From IMG/VR virus record IMGVR_UViG_3300022561_000003: a stretch of DNA of 45,929 nt; one strand, written 5' to 3'. Source of the DNA: a virus. The notes beneath the pieces are model-generated. The model was not told the DNA's origin. It was given only the letters and a program-made list of their open reading frames with translations, and did no database searches. Shown here one piece after another: positions 1 to 8,336 of this stretch (its first letter is position 1; the number at the start of each line of letters is the position of its first letter). Position numbers and translations under genes: made by a program.

Positions 1-76
1 TATTTAATATTACTTTATAAAACACACTACAACAATTAAATAATAATTAGTGTGTTTTATAAAGTAATATTAAATA
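1..76. repeat. Perfect 29-bp inverted repeat (1-29 / 48-76) whose loop holds the 17-mer operator-like motif
   Basis: tatttaatattactttataaaacacacta is the exact reverse complement of tagtgtgttttataaagtaatattaaata; ACAATTAAATAATAATT at 32-48. Confidence 0.95.
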
Positions 77-107
77 TTACTAAGATTAAAAAGGTGGTAA
101 AAATAAT

Positions 108-662
108 ATGTTAAAGATATCTAATATTCAATCACTAATAAGAAAACACGACATAAGAATTCAAGATACCGACATGATGATTAATAAATACTATTCTGTA
201 AAGAATCAATTATTATTTAAAAATAATGGTAGTGATAAAAAGATCTCAAGTTTACTAAAATTTTTACAAGGCTACTTTAGCCACTTAGATGATAATTTTA
301 TGTGTAATCATAACTGTGTTAAAGATGATAAAATAATGGATATATTTAATAAACTATCCTCAACTTATAGTGATAGTGAAGCTTTATTAAATAGTGGTAT
401 AACTTGTAATTATAACAAAGAATCATACACAGTATTAAAAACTAAAGAATTAAGATTATTAATGGTTAAAACTGAGTACTTAGAAATATTTAAAGACGTT
501 TACTTGTCAGTTAATAAAGATACTAATTTAAATATAATCAATGTTATTAGTGAATATGGTATGGAAATACAAGGTATAATACTAGCTTTAGAATTCGTTA
601 ATGTAGATGGTAATAGAATAGAAATTAAAGATTATTTAATTAGTCAATTGGAGGTAGCATAA
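108..662 (+). CDS. hypothetical phage protein
   Basis: 184-aa ORF, RBS aaggtgg upstream. Confidence 0.75.
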   Translation: MLKISNIQSLIRKHDIRIQDTDMMINKYYSVKNQLLFKNNGSDKKISSLLKFLQGYFSHLDDNFMCNHNCVKDDKIMDIFNKLSSTYSDSEALLNSGITCNYNKESYTVLKTKELRLLMVKTEYLEIFKDVYLSVNKDTNLNIINVISEYGMEIQGIILALEFVNVDGNRIEIKDYLISQLEVA

Positions 663-962
663 ATGATAAATGAATTAAGAGAACTTAAACAATACTTAAG
701 ATTCTATGAAGAGGCTAGAGACAATGACAAGATGACTAAAAAGGAACAAAGAGAATTATGTATACAATATACTCAAGATAAAATTAAGGTAATAACTAAT
801 ATTAGTATACCACTGGAGAAAATTAGACTTGATATGAGAAATAATAAAATTGTATGTGAAAATTATGGTTATAACAATAAAGTATCTTTAGACTTTAGAT
901 TCTATCAAAATAAATGCACTATATGGGACGGACAAAGAGAAATTAATTTGACTATTGAATAA
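663..962 (+). CDS. hypothetical phage protein
   Basis: 99-aa ORF, RBS ggaggt, abuts previous stop. Confidence 0.75.
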   Translation: MINELRELKQYLRFYEEARDNDKMTKKEQRELCIQYTQDKIKVITNISIPLEKIRLDMRNNKIVCENYGYNNKVSLDFRFYQNKCTIWDGQREINLTIE

Positions 963-1059
963 TAATTTAAAAAGTTTTTAAAGAGTATAAGACAACATAA
1001 ATTATACTCTTAATAAAGCTTTTAAAAGCTAATAATATTATAAAGAGGAGTTGTATATC

Positions 1060-1374
1060 ATGTATAAAAATTCTACATTAAAAGGATTAAACATCGAATT
1101 AAAAAGCAACCTATTAGACTTGCAACAAAATATAAAAGAATCGGCTTTAAGAAATAAAACTATAGATATACTTCAAGAATCTTTTAGAAATTCTCAAGAC
1201 GATATATATTTAATACGTGTAAATATAGAAAGAAATAGACTTCTATTCACTGATAGAGCCATAACAAATATAGAATCACATATAACAATGATTAAGCAAG
1301 CTATAAGAGACTATAAAGAGCCACACTATATAAGTATCATGAATAATATTAACTTAGATGGGAGTTGTATATAA
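1060..1374 (+). CDS. hypothetical phage protein
   Basis: RBS gaggag 1045-1050 favours ATG 1060. Confidence 0.7.
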   Translation: MYKNSTLKGLNIELKSNLLDLQQNIKESALRNKTIDILQESFRNSQDDIYLIRVNIERNRLLFTDRAITNIESHITMIKQAIRDYKEPHYISIMNNINLDGSCI

Positions 1375-1598
1375 TGTTAAAAGAATTATATTTTGTTGGG
1401 ATTGAAGCAATAGGAGAAATAAAAGTTGTTGTTATAAAGAGTAAAGAATATGTTATGTCACATGATGATTATTGTATTAATGGTTTAAGATTCAATAAAT
1501 ATTATGAAAATGAAGAGGATGCAAACAAACAAGCTATAATTTTATCAAGAGGATCTTTTAAAGATAGTCCTAAATATAGAGTATATAAAAATTATTAA
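1374..1598 (+). CDS. hypothetical phage protein
   Basis: TAATG overlap with previous gene, RBS gggag. Confidence 0.7.
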   Translation: MLKELYFVGIEAIGEIKVVVIKSKEYVMSHDDYCINGLRFNKYYENEEDANKQAIILSRGSFKDSPKYRVYKNY

Positions 1599-1664
1599 CA
1601 CTAATATAAAAACATTCTTTTATAAGATACAAATAATAATAAAATATGAGGAGTTGTATTAATA

Positions 1665-1841
1665 ATGAGAGGTATATTAAATTTAAAGAATATAAATAGT
1701 AATAATAGCTATGAGATAGACTTAAACAAGTACAATAACACAGAGATTAAAATATTAGTAGAATATGATAACACATATGAAATAGAGACTCATGACGGTA
1801 GTGAGTACACAATATTTAAAGAAGAATTAATAACCATATAA
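1665..1841 (+). CDS. hypothetical 58-aa protein (MRGILNLKNI...), not in ORF track; bounded by two dif-like sites
   Basis: RBS gaggag; stop TAA forms the first three bases of TAAAA-gtaacc-TTTTA. Confidence 0.7.
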   Translation: MRGILNLKNINSNNSYEIDLNKYNNTEIKILVEYDNTYEIETHDGSEYTIFKEELITI

Positions 1842-1892
1842 AAGTAACCTTTTATTAGACAAATAATAAATATAAAAAGGAGCGTGTAATAA

Positions 1893-2222
1893 ATGAAAAG
1901 ATTAAGATTTGAATGGTGTTTAGGTGAAGACGTTCCAGAAATTAAAGAAGAGGATAAACAAATAAGAATTACACAACTAGATAATATGTTAATAGAATTG
2001 AAAGAAAAATTATTACTATTAAATAATGTAAATATTGAGGAAAGTGATACAAGAGATTACAGTGGATTATATTACTGTAAAACAGATAAAAGAATAAAGC
2101 CAAGATTTTCAATTAGTATGCGTATGAGAATAATTATAAGTAAAGAGGGAAGAAAAACAACATGGAACGATATTATGAGAACAGTTAACACAATTAAAGC
2201 ACCATACTATGAATTTATATAA
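1893..2222 (+). CDS. hypothetical phage protein
   Basis: 109-aa ORF, RBS aaggag. Confidence 0.75.
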   Translation: MKRLRFEWCLGEDVPEIKEEDKQIRITQLDNMLIELKEKLLLLNNVNIEESDTRDYSGLYYCKTDKRIKPRFSISMRMRIIISKEGRKTTWNDIMRTVNTIKAPYYEFI

Positions 2223-2254
2223 CAATTCAATAATAAACTAAAGGAGCACACACA

Positions 2255-2362
2255 GTGAATAAATTAATAAAATCTTTTTACTTTGAATTAATAGCATCCA
2301 TTACAAGCTTAGCAACAGCATATATCATTTTATGTATATTACTACCTAACATATTAAAATAA
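2255..2362 (+). CDS. small hydrophobic (single TM) protein, 35 aa
   Basis: RBS aaggag, GTG start, hydrophobic stretch ITSLATAYIILCILLP. Confidence 0.5.
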   Translation: MNKLIKSFYFELIASITSLATAYIILCILLPNILK

Positions 2363-2382
2363 TCTTAAAGGAGCGTTAAACA

Positions 2383-2535
2383 ATGATAAATTTAATTAAA
2401 AAATCTATTAACACATTTAATAAAGAGGTTGACAAAATAAACCAGGAGACTAAAATAGACACGATGAAACAAATTGAATTAAACATATTAGATAAAATGT
2501 TACTAAAGACACAAAATTTATTTATTAACAACTAA
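2383..2535 (+). CDS. hypothetical 50-aa protein
   Basis: RBS aaggag, ATG start, open frame to TAA. Confidence 0.55.
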   Translation: MINLIKKSINTFNKEVDKINQETKIDTMKQIELNILDKMLLKTQNLFINN

Positions 2536-2611
2536 ATAATACTTGTATATTTAAAGAAAATTAGTGTATAATAATTATATAATAATTTAATAAAAAGGTG
2601 GCTGATTAATA

Positions 2612-3016
2612 ATGATAAAAGCATTTAAACAAGAAGCAAATAATTATAATGAAATAAGGATCTTTAATTTAGAAACTGGAGAATTTAATTCATATTTCCA
2701 GGATAAAAATATAGGGTATACATTTACAGATTATAAAACTACAGTTTATGAAATGGGTTATAAATCAGTTAATGACTGCATGAAAGAATTAAAACATCGT
2801 AAATATTTAGGGGTTGAAATAGACTACAAAGAACAAAGAGAATCTGAGAAATTAGGCTGGATTAAATTAGGAATAGAAAGAATTAAAAGAGCTAAAAGAG
2901 TCAATACAAGTGATTTTGAAGACGTTATAAAAAAATTATCTATCTATGGATTAGGTTACTGTGATGCACAAAATATGATTATAACTTGTTATGAGCATGA
3001 ACTTATAAATATTTAA
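2612..3016 (+). CDS. hypothetical phage protein
   Basis: 134-aa ORF, RBS aaggtgg. Confidence 0.75.
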   Translation: MIKAFKQEANNYNEIRIFNLETGEFNSYFQDKNIGYTFTDYKTTVYEMGYKSVNDCMKELKHRKYLGVEIDYKEQRESEKLGWIKLGIERIKRAKRVNTSDFEDVIKKLSIYGLGYCDAQNMIITCYEHELINI

Positions 3017-3084
3017 ATGTTTTAACTTGCACATTAAGAACTTAATAATAATTCTAGTGTGCAATGTAAAGCAATATTAAATAT
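3009..3084 (+). repeat. intergenic stem-loop element (family with 1-76 and 4141-4200)
   Basis: TTGCACATTA 3027-3036 pairs with TAGTGTGCAA 3055-3064; outer arms atatttaa/ttaaatat. Confidence 0.75.
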
Positions 3085-3114
3085 ATTGTTAAAATTAAAA
3101 AGGTGGTTTTAATA

Positions 3115-4134
3115 ATGAATAAAGAATATGTATTAAATAATGAAACTTCAAGAATTGAATTACATTTTAGTAAAGAAGAATACGCAGCACTAGACGGAGT
3201 TACTAAAGCAGAATTAAAAAGTATATGCTTATTTTCTGGAAAATCTCAAGCGTGGGTAAGTAGAACTAAAAGTGGCCATTATAAAATAATTAATTTTGCT
3301 GAAAAATTAGGTTTTGTAAATGGTGGATGCAATGGGGAAATATTAACTCATGAAGAAGTAGCAGAAAATAAGATAATTAAACAGGAAGAGCAAATAGAAA
3401 AATCAAATGCAACATATCCTGAAATAGATATAAATGATATAGAGTCATATTTAGTATCAAAGCAATTAAGTGATAATGAAAATAGTAATGCATTTTTTAG
3501 AAATACACCTATAGATCATCAACATCAGCTACAAGAACTACTACAAAGTGCTAACAATGATATAGCAGAATTAAAGAATTTAGGATGTAATAATTATATA
3601 GAATATAAAGCTAAAACTATTCTCCAGAGCTTCAAGAAAAATTATAGTAATCAATATATAAAAGTATTAACTCAAAAGGGTAATAATCCTTCATGGATGG
3701 TAACAGGGCGTGGAAATATGAATGTAAGTAGATATAATAAGAAACAAGATCAACTTTCTAATATGCAACATCAATTATCAATATTAATAGATGAATACAA
3801 TGCAAAGATTAAAAACTTTAAATATCAAATTAAACATGAGAACGCACAAATTGTAAAAATTGAAATAGAAGAGACTTTAAAAAATGTTACTGAAGTATTG
3901 CTGACTAAAATTAGTAGAGAATTTGATCCAAGTGCTGTAGAAAATATATTTAGTAATCCAAGAAGTGAAATAAAAGGATATAGCTACAATGAAGAGTATT
4001 TCTTATTTAAAAATTGGGGATACTGGAGAATATACAATAAATTAGGGAATGAATTAAATGTAACTACAAGAACTATAAAAACATTAAAAGAAGCTAAAAC
4101 TCACTTGTCATATATAATAAATAATGTAGCATAA
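3115..4134 (+). CDS. hypothetical phage protein (possible DUF3560-like)
   Basis: RBS aaggtgg favours ATG 3115; motifs ELHFSK...AWVSR and PSWMVTGRGN recall DUF3560-type phage/plasmid proteins (weak, from memory). Confidence 0.65.
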   Translation: MNKEYVLNNETSRIELHFSKEEYAALDGVTKAELKSICLFSGKSQAWVSRTKSGHYKIINFAEKLGFVNGGCNGEILTHEEVAENKIIKQEEQIEKSNATYPEIDINDIESYLVSKQLSDNENSNAFFRNTPIDHQHQLQELLQSANNDIAELKNLGCNNYIEYKAKTILQSFKKNYSNQYIKVLTQKGNNPSWMVTGRGNMNVSRYNKKQDQLSNMQHQLSILIDEYNAKIKNFKYQIKHENAQIVKIEIEETLKNVTEVLLTKISREFDPSAVENIFSNPRSEIKGYSYNEEYFLFKNWGYWRIYNKLGNELNVTTRTIKTLKEAKTHLSYIINNVA

Positions 4135-4140
4135 GAAATT

Positions 4141-4200
4141 TTTTAACTAGCACATTAACAAATAAATAATAATAATATTAGTGTGCTATGTAAAGCATTT
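4141..4200 (+). repeat. intergenic stem-loop element (family with 1-76 and 3009-3084)
   Basis: TAGCACATTAA 4148-4158 pairs with TTAGTGTGCTA 4178-4188, followed by tgtaaagca as in the 3 kb copy. Confidence 0.75.
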
Positions 4201-4231
4201 AAATGCTATTAATAAAAAGGATGTGTAAATA

Positions 4232-4507
4232 ATGATAAATGTATTATGTAATAGTTTTAATAGTAAAGAGGCACACTGGCACATGTTAGTAAATAAGAAT
4301 TTAAAAGGTATTAAGGCCTTAAAAGACTCTAAGCTATGTAATATATATCAGTTAGATAATAGCCTTATAATTGAAGTACCCGCTATTATGGAAACAATGA
4401 AAGAAGTACAAAGCATATATAATGCAGCTATAAACAATAAGAATTATAAAGTAGTATTTGCAGATCAATATAATTATTGTAAAAACTTTATTCTAGGAGG
4501 AATTTAG
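4232..4507 (+). CDS. hypothetical phage protein
   Basis: 91-aa ORF, RBS aaggatg. Confidence 0.7.
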   Translation: MINVLCNSFNSKEAHWHMLVNKNLKGIKALKDSKLCNIYQLDNSLIIEVPAIMETMKEVQSIYNAAINNKNYKVVFADQYNYCKNFILGGI

Positions 4508-4509
4508 TA

Positions 4510-4677
4510 ATGAATAGAAAATTCAATTTAATTGGTTTTACATCTCCTGAAAATTTAACATTAACAGAAGCTAAAAGAATTTTAGGAAATTCAATTAATA
4601 AATTAATTCCAGGAACTTCTATTAAATTTAATGGTTACGGTAATGGAATTAACTTCACTATAGAAAGATTAAGATAA
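4510..4677 (+). CDS. hypothetical 55-aa protein (MNRKFNLIGF...), not in ORF track
   Basis: RBS ggagg; flanked by TAAAA-N6-TTCTA sites at 4480 and 4683. Confidence 0.7.
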   Translation: MNRKFNLIGFTSPENLTLTEAKRILGNSINKLIPGTSIKFNGYGNGINFTIERLR

Positions 4678-4725
4678 TAGCATAAAATAAAGATTCTATT
4701 AAAATTTTAGGAGGAATATATAATT

Positions 4726-4905
4726 ATGGCACAAAGATATAAAAGCACATTTGAATTCTTTGATATGGAAGAACAAGCAAAAAGATTTTGTGATATTGAA
4801 AATTTGAATAGTTATATTAAAAAATATCACAAGGCACATTATACTCCTTGGAGTAGTCAAGACGGAAAAGAGAATAAATTTGTAGCATGGTATGTAACAA
4901 AATAA
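4726..4905 (+). CDS. hypothetical 59-aa protein (MAQRYKSTFE...), not in ORF track
   Basis: RBS aggagg; flanked by TAAAA-N6-TTCTA sites at 4683 and 4903. Confidence 0.75.
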   Translation: MAQRYKSTFEFFDMEEQAKRFCDIENLNSYIKKYHKAHYTPWSSQDGKENKFVAWYVTK

Positions 4906-4940
4906 AAACCTAATTCTAGTAGAGTCTAAGAGCTTAATTA

Positions 4941-5006
4941 ATAACAAGCTTGTAATTATCCCTAAGAAGTAATTCAAATCATCCTGGGACGTTATAAGCT
5001 TGTTAT
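4941..5006 (+). repeat. long imperfect intergenic hairpin
   Basis: ATAACAAGCTTGTAAT..TCCC pairs with GGGA.GTTATAAGCTTGTTAT, with G-U pairs. Confidence 0.7.
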
Positions 5007-5046
5007 AATACATAATAACTAAACAATACTTTAAGGATGTGAATAA

Positions 5047-5199
5047 ATGAAAAGAAAAAACAGGAAACTAAAAAAGCTTAACAAATACACTACAATGAAA
5101 CATAATAGCAGTATGTCTGTAAAAGAATTTTTTATAAAATTATGTGAAGTAGAAGAATCAACTCTGGAATGGTGGGACGATAATTCATTAACAATGTAA
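5047..5199 (+). CDS. hypothetical 50-aa protein
   Basis: RBS aaggatgtg, open frame. Confidence 0.55.
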   Translation: MKRKNRKLKKLNKYTTMKHNSSMSVKEFFIKLCEVEESTLEWWDDNSLTM

Positions 5200-5225
5200 T
5201 AATAATTTATTATGGAGGTTTATTC

Positions 5226-5429
5226 ATGGAGAATTTATCAACTAGGAAATTATATTATGCTAAAGAGAAATGTTATGGTAGTCTTTGTACTTTCATTTTT
5301 TATGGAATATGTAGAATAGATAATACAGAACTTGAAGAATTTACAAACGTATTAAAAGCTCTAGGACTTGACAAAATAATTATAGACAAAGATATTGACA
5401 GCAAAGTTTTTGTCATAGAAGCAAAATAA
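5226..5429 (+). CDS. hypothetical phage protein
   Basis: RBS ggaggt, 67 aa. Confidence 0.7.
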   Translation: MENLSTRKLYYAKEKCYGSLCTFIFYGICRIDNTELEEFTNVLKALGLDKIIIDKDIDSKVFVIEAK

Positions 5430-5447
5430 TAAAAGAGGTGTAATTAA

Positions 5448-5678
5448 ATGAATGATTATAAAGATATTACCGAGGAAGAATTTAAGGATAGTATATTAGT
5501 AGATAAGATAAAATGGTTATGCTCTGCTAAGATAATTGAAGCTATTCCATCGGATAAAAAGAAACATGACTTAAAAAAGATTCTTAAAAAGGAAAGAAGT
5601 AAATATTTAAATGATAAATTTATACTAAAGCAAATTGACTATATAATAAATTATAATAATCTGAAAGAGGTGTATTAA
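5448..5678 (+). CDS. hypothetical phage protein
   Basis: RBS gaggtg, 76 aa. Confidence 0.7.
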   Translation: MNDYKDITEEEFKDSILVDKIKWLCSAKIIEAIPSDKKKHDLKKILKKERSKYLNDKFILKQIDYIINYNNLKEVY

Positions 5679-5858
5679 ATGTGGCATCCAGTAATTGCCC
5701 ATATAGAAAGTGGAACGAGAATTAACAATGCAATTCATGAACTAGAAGAAGCATTATACCAAGAAGACACATTATGTTTTAATATGGATCAAGAAAAAAC
5801 TTCTCAAATTAAATTAGCAATGGAAATATTAAAAGGAAATAGAAATGATTTAATTTAA
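5679..5858 (+). CDS. hypothetical 59-aa protein (MWHPVIAHIE...)
   Basis: RBS gaggtg, abuts previous stop. Confidence 0.65.
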   Translation: MWHPVIAHIESGTRINNAIHELEEALYQEDTLCFNMDQEKTSQIKLAMEILKGNRNDLI

Positions 5859-6066
5859 AATATCCAATAAAAACACGATTTTATAGTATTTAAAAACTTA
5901 CTCTAGAAATTATAGAGGGTTGTTAAATTATAAGTATTTTATTTACTTTAATTGAAACTATTATTTAATTAAAACGTATATTGTATAATATGGGATATAT
6001 AAAGCAATATCTTATAATTTCAACACGTCTGTAATAATTTACAAACAAATTAAAGGAAGTGATTAT

Positions 6067-6171
6067 ATGGAAATGGACGTAGGATTTATAGCTATGATGG
6101 AAGAGGAAAAAAGAAGAAAAGCTAATAAGAAATTAATAGAAATTCAAGAAGAACAAGAAGTCGAGGAATAG
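6067..6171 (+). CDS. small charged 34-aa protein
   Basis: RBS aaggaagtg, MEMDVGFIAMMEEEKRRK... Confidence 0.45.
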   Translation: MEMDVGFIAMMEEEKRRKANKKLIEIQEEQEVEE

Positions 6172-6250
6172 GAAGAATAAAAAATAAATTACCTCTGGCT
6201 TCATTTAAATTATTAAAGTTGGGGGTATATCCTGGGGAGGATATGAAACT

Positions 6251-6484
6251 ATGATAATAGATTTTTTAACTGCTACAAACTATGAGAGTAATTTTAAGAA
6301 GTTAGGCGCAAATAAACAATATCAACATTATGCAATACTTAATCGTATAGATGATGAGCCAGACGAGTTTACACTAAGCATAGATATTGACATAGATGCA
6401 AAAGGCAATGACCATAGCACAATAATTAAGATGCATAGAAACGTAGCTAGAGAGCTTATAACAGATAGTACAGAAAGATTCTAA
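6251..6484 (+). CDS. acidic hypothetical protein, paralog of 21672..21902; antitoxin-position gene
   Basis: RBS gggagg; shares MII..L..YE, ID.D, IIKMH, LITD..E.F with the 21672 protein. Confidence 0.75.
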   Translation: MIIDFLTATNYESNFKKLGANKQYQHYAILNRIDDEPDEFTLSIDIDIDAKGNDHSTIIKMHRNVARELITDSTERF

Positions 6485-6547
6485 TATAAAAAGAGAGTAG
6501 CAAATGTGTGCTATTCTTAACTTAACAATAAAAAGGAGGTGCGAATA

Positions 6548-7648
6548 ATGAGTGAAATTATAATAAGAAGATCTGACATATGGATGGCTAATTTATCAGG
6601 AGATGAAGGAAACGTTTTAAAAGGTATTCATCCAGTATTAATTATAAGTTGTAAGAAATCTAATAATAGTACTACTTTGGTTAATGTTTGCCCTGTGACA
6701 AGCACTTTAAAGAGCAACATTACAAATATACCGATAGGAGCTGAAAGTGGACTCTTGCATGAATCTGTAGTGTTATGTGGTCAAGTACAAACAATAAGTA
6801 AGAAAGATTTATTTAAAAAAGTAGGATTTGCAAAACGTCAACTCATGGATTTAGTAATAAGAACAATAGTAAAACAAATTGAAGGTAAAAATAATGAATT
6901 AAGTATTACACAGAAAGAAAAATTAGATTATATGTTAAAGAGTATTAAGAAATTAATTAGTTTCAAAATTAAATATAATATTATAGATGTTGAAATAGAT
7001 GAGCAAATAGAAAATTCATTTTTAGAAATTAAAGATTATTGTAATTCTATTAATATTGATTACAATGGTTTAGGAAACTTAGAAATATTTAAAATACATC
7101 AAAAATCAAGAGAGAAAATAAGAGTAACGCAATTTAAAAAAGATTATATAACAGCAGTTAAATTGTCTGAGGAATATTTAAAGAGTTTATATGAAATAGA
7201 TTATACTGTATATGGTAATGAAATTTGTTCAGAATTAGAATGGGCATTGTATAATCTTTCTTTAGCAGTAAAGAAACTAGGAGAAATTGAAAGAAGTTAT
7301 AAGTTAGCAAAACAAGCATTAACTTTCAGTACAGAAGAAAATAGTAATAGAATATTAACATACTGGCTAATAGGAGAATGTTGTAACTTAATGGGATCTG
7401 AATATAAAGAAGAAGGAATTAACGTATTTGAGAAATGTATATCTTTTTATAAAAGTGTTGGAGAGAAAAAATATGAAATACTATCACAGTTTAATAAAGC
7501 AAAACTATTAAAAGATATAAATAGCATGGAAGAATTAATTAAAGAATATGAAATGACACAATTTAAAAACGTGTTGCATACATTTGGAGATATGGAAAAT
7601 GATGAAGTTCTTAAAGAATTGAAAATTGAATTAAATAATACTTTCTAA
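6548..7648 (+). CDS. PemK/MazF-family N-terminal domain fused to TPR-like helical domain; putative RRNPP-type peptide receptor
   Basis: N-terminus RRSDIWMANLS..G..HPVLIIS..N....VNVCPVTS...SVVLCGQVQTISK follows the NdoA/MazF pattern; C-terminus has TPR-like helices (WALYNLSLAVKKLGEIERSYKLAKQAL, TYWLIGECCNLMG, EGINVFEKCISFY, SQFNKAKL); RBS aaggaggt favours ATG 6548. Confidence 0.8.
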   Translation: MSEIIIRRSDIWMANLSGDEGNVLKGIHPVLIISCKKSNNSTTLVNVCPVTSTLKSNITNIPIGAESGLLHESVVLCGQVQTISKKDLFKKVGFAKRQLMDLVIRTIVKQIEGKNNELSITQKEKLDYMLKSIKKLISFKIKYNIIDVEIDEQIENSFLEIKDYCNSINIDYNGLGNLEIFKIHQKSREKIRVTQFKKDYITAVKLSEEYLKSLYEIDYTVYGNEICSELEWALYNLSLAVKKLGEIERSYKLAKQALTFSTEENSNRILTYWLIGECCNLMGSEYKEEGINVFEKCISFYKSVGEKKYEILSQFNKAKLLKDINSMEELIKEYEMTQFKNVLHTFGDMENDEVLKELKIELNNTF

Positions 7649-7657
7649 GATTCAAAG

Positions 7658-7690
7658 TGTGGGAGCGGATGTTTTTTAAACTCTCCCACA
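7658..7690 (+). promoter_or_regulatory. hairpin between receptor and peptide gene
   Basis: TGTGGGAG (7658-7665) / CTCCCACA (7683-7690). Confidence 0.55.
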
Positions 7691-7717
7691 AATAAAATAA
7701 TAGGAGGTAATCTCAAG

Positions 7718-7861
7718 ATGAAGATTACAAAACGTACAAAGAACATAGTAATGGCAATGTGTCTTATTGCTATACTAACAGCAGGTGTAAGCACAACTAA
7801 AGGAACAGTTGTTACAGGGGGCACAGTAACAACACAGGGAATAGATCCACCAATAAACTAA
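7718..7861 (+). CDS. putative secreted signalling propeptide, 47 aa (MKITKRTKNIVMAMCLIAILTAGVSTTKGTVVTGGTVTTQGIDPPIN)
   Basis: RBS aggaggt 7702-7708; basic N-region, hydrophobic H-region, polar tail ending GIDPPIN; directly downstream of the TPR protein; missed by ORF track. Confidence 0.8.
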   Translation: MKITKRTKNIVMAMCLIAILTAGVSTTKGTVVTGGTVTTQGIDPPIN

Positions 7862-7873
7862 CCAAGTGCAGTC

Positions 7874-7912
7874 TTAGTCTTTCCTGCAATATCAAAGAAA
7901 GACTAAAATTTT
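7874..7912 (+). terminator. hairpin/terminator after peptide gene
   Basis: TTAGTCTTTC 7874-7883 / GAAAGACTAA 7897-7906, then aatttt. Confidence 0.5.
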
Positions 7913-7928
7913 AAAAGGGGTGAAAAAA

Positions 7929-8246
7929 TTGAATAAAGAAGTGTTGGAGAAATTATGTAAAGAATATGGGTTTTCTTTTTCTATTATGGGTAAATATATT
8001 CAAATTGTAAGTAAGAGAGACACATATTATATATTGGATATGAATCATGAAGGAAGAAGAATTAAATTGTTTCACCAGAATATATATGCAAGCGCTGGAT
8101 TCCACAAACATGGAGAACATGAAAGTCTTAAAAATATATTTGCTAGTATTTTTAGCCATGATAATATCTACAATGTTGGTAGCAGAAACAATAAATTAAC
8201 TAGAATGACAGAATTATTTAATCAACTTCACAACACTCCAGCATAA
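7929..8246 (+). CDS. hypothetical protein (position analogous to the regulated gene downstream of aimP)
   Basis: RBS aaggggtg, TTG start 7929 (alt GTG 7920). Confidence 0.7.
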   Translation: MNKEVLEKLCKEYGFSFSIMGKYIQIVSKRDTYYILDMNHEGRRIKLFHQNIYASAGFHKHGEHESLKNIFASIFSHDNIYNVGSRNNKLTRMTELFNQLHNTPA

Positions 8247-8336
8247 ATAAATAATAATTGTAGCAAACAATCGAATAATAATGTATAATATAAGATAAAG
8301 AGGGCACAATATTAATATACAAGAGGTGAGAACATA

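Noticed and set aside
6548-7648. Calling this an ordinary mazEF toxin-antitoxin module or AimR itself
   Set aside because: Protein is about three times MazF length, no MazE is recognisable, and its N-terminus is PemK-like rather than a DNA-binding domain
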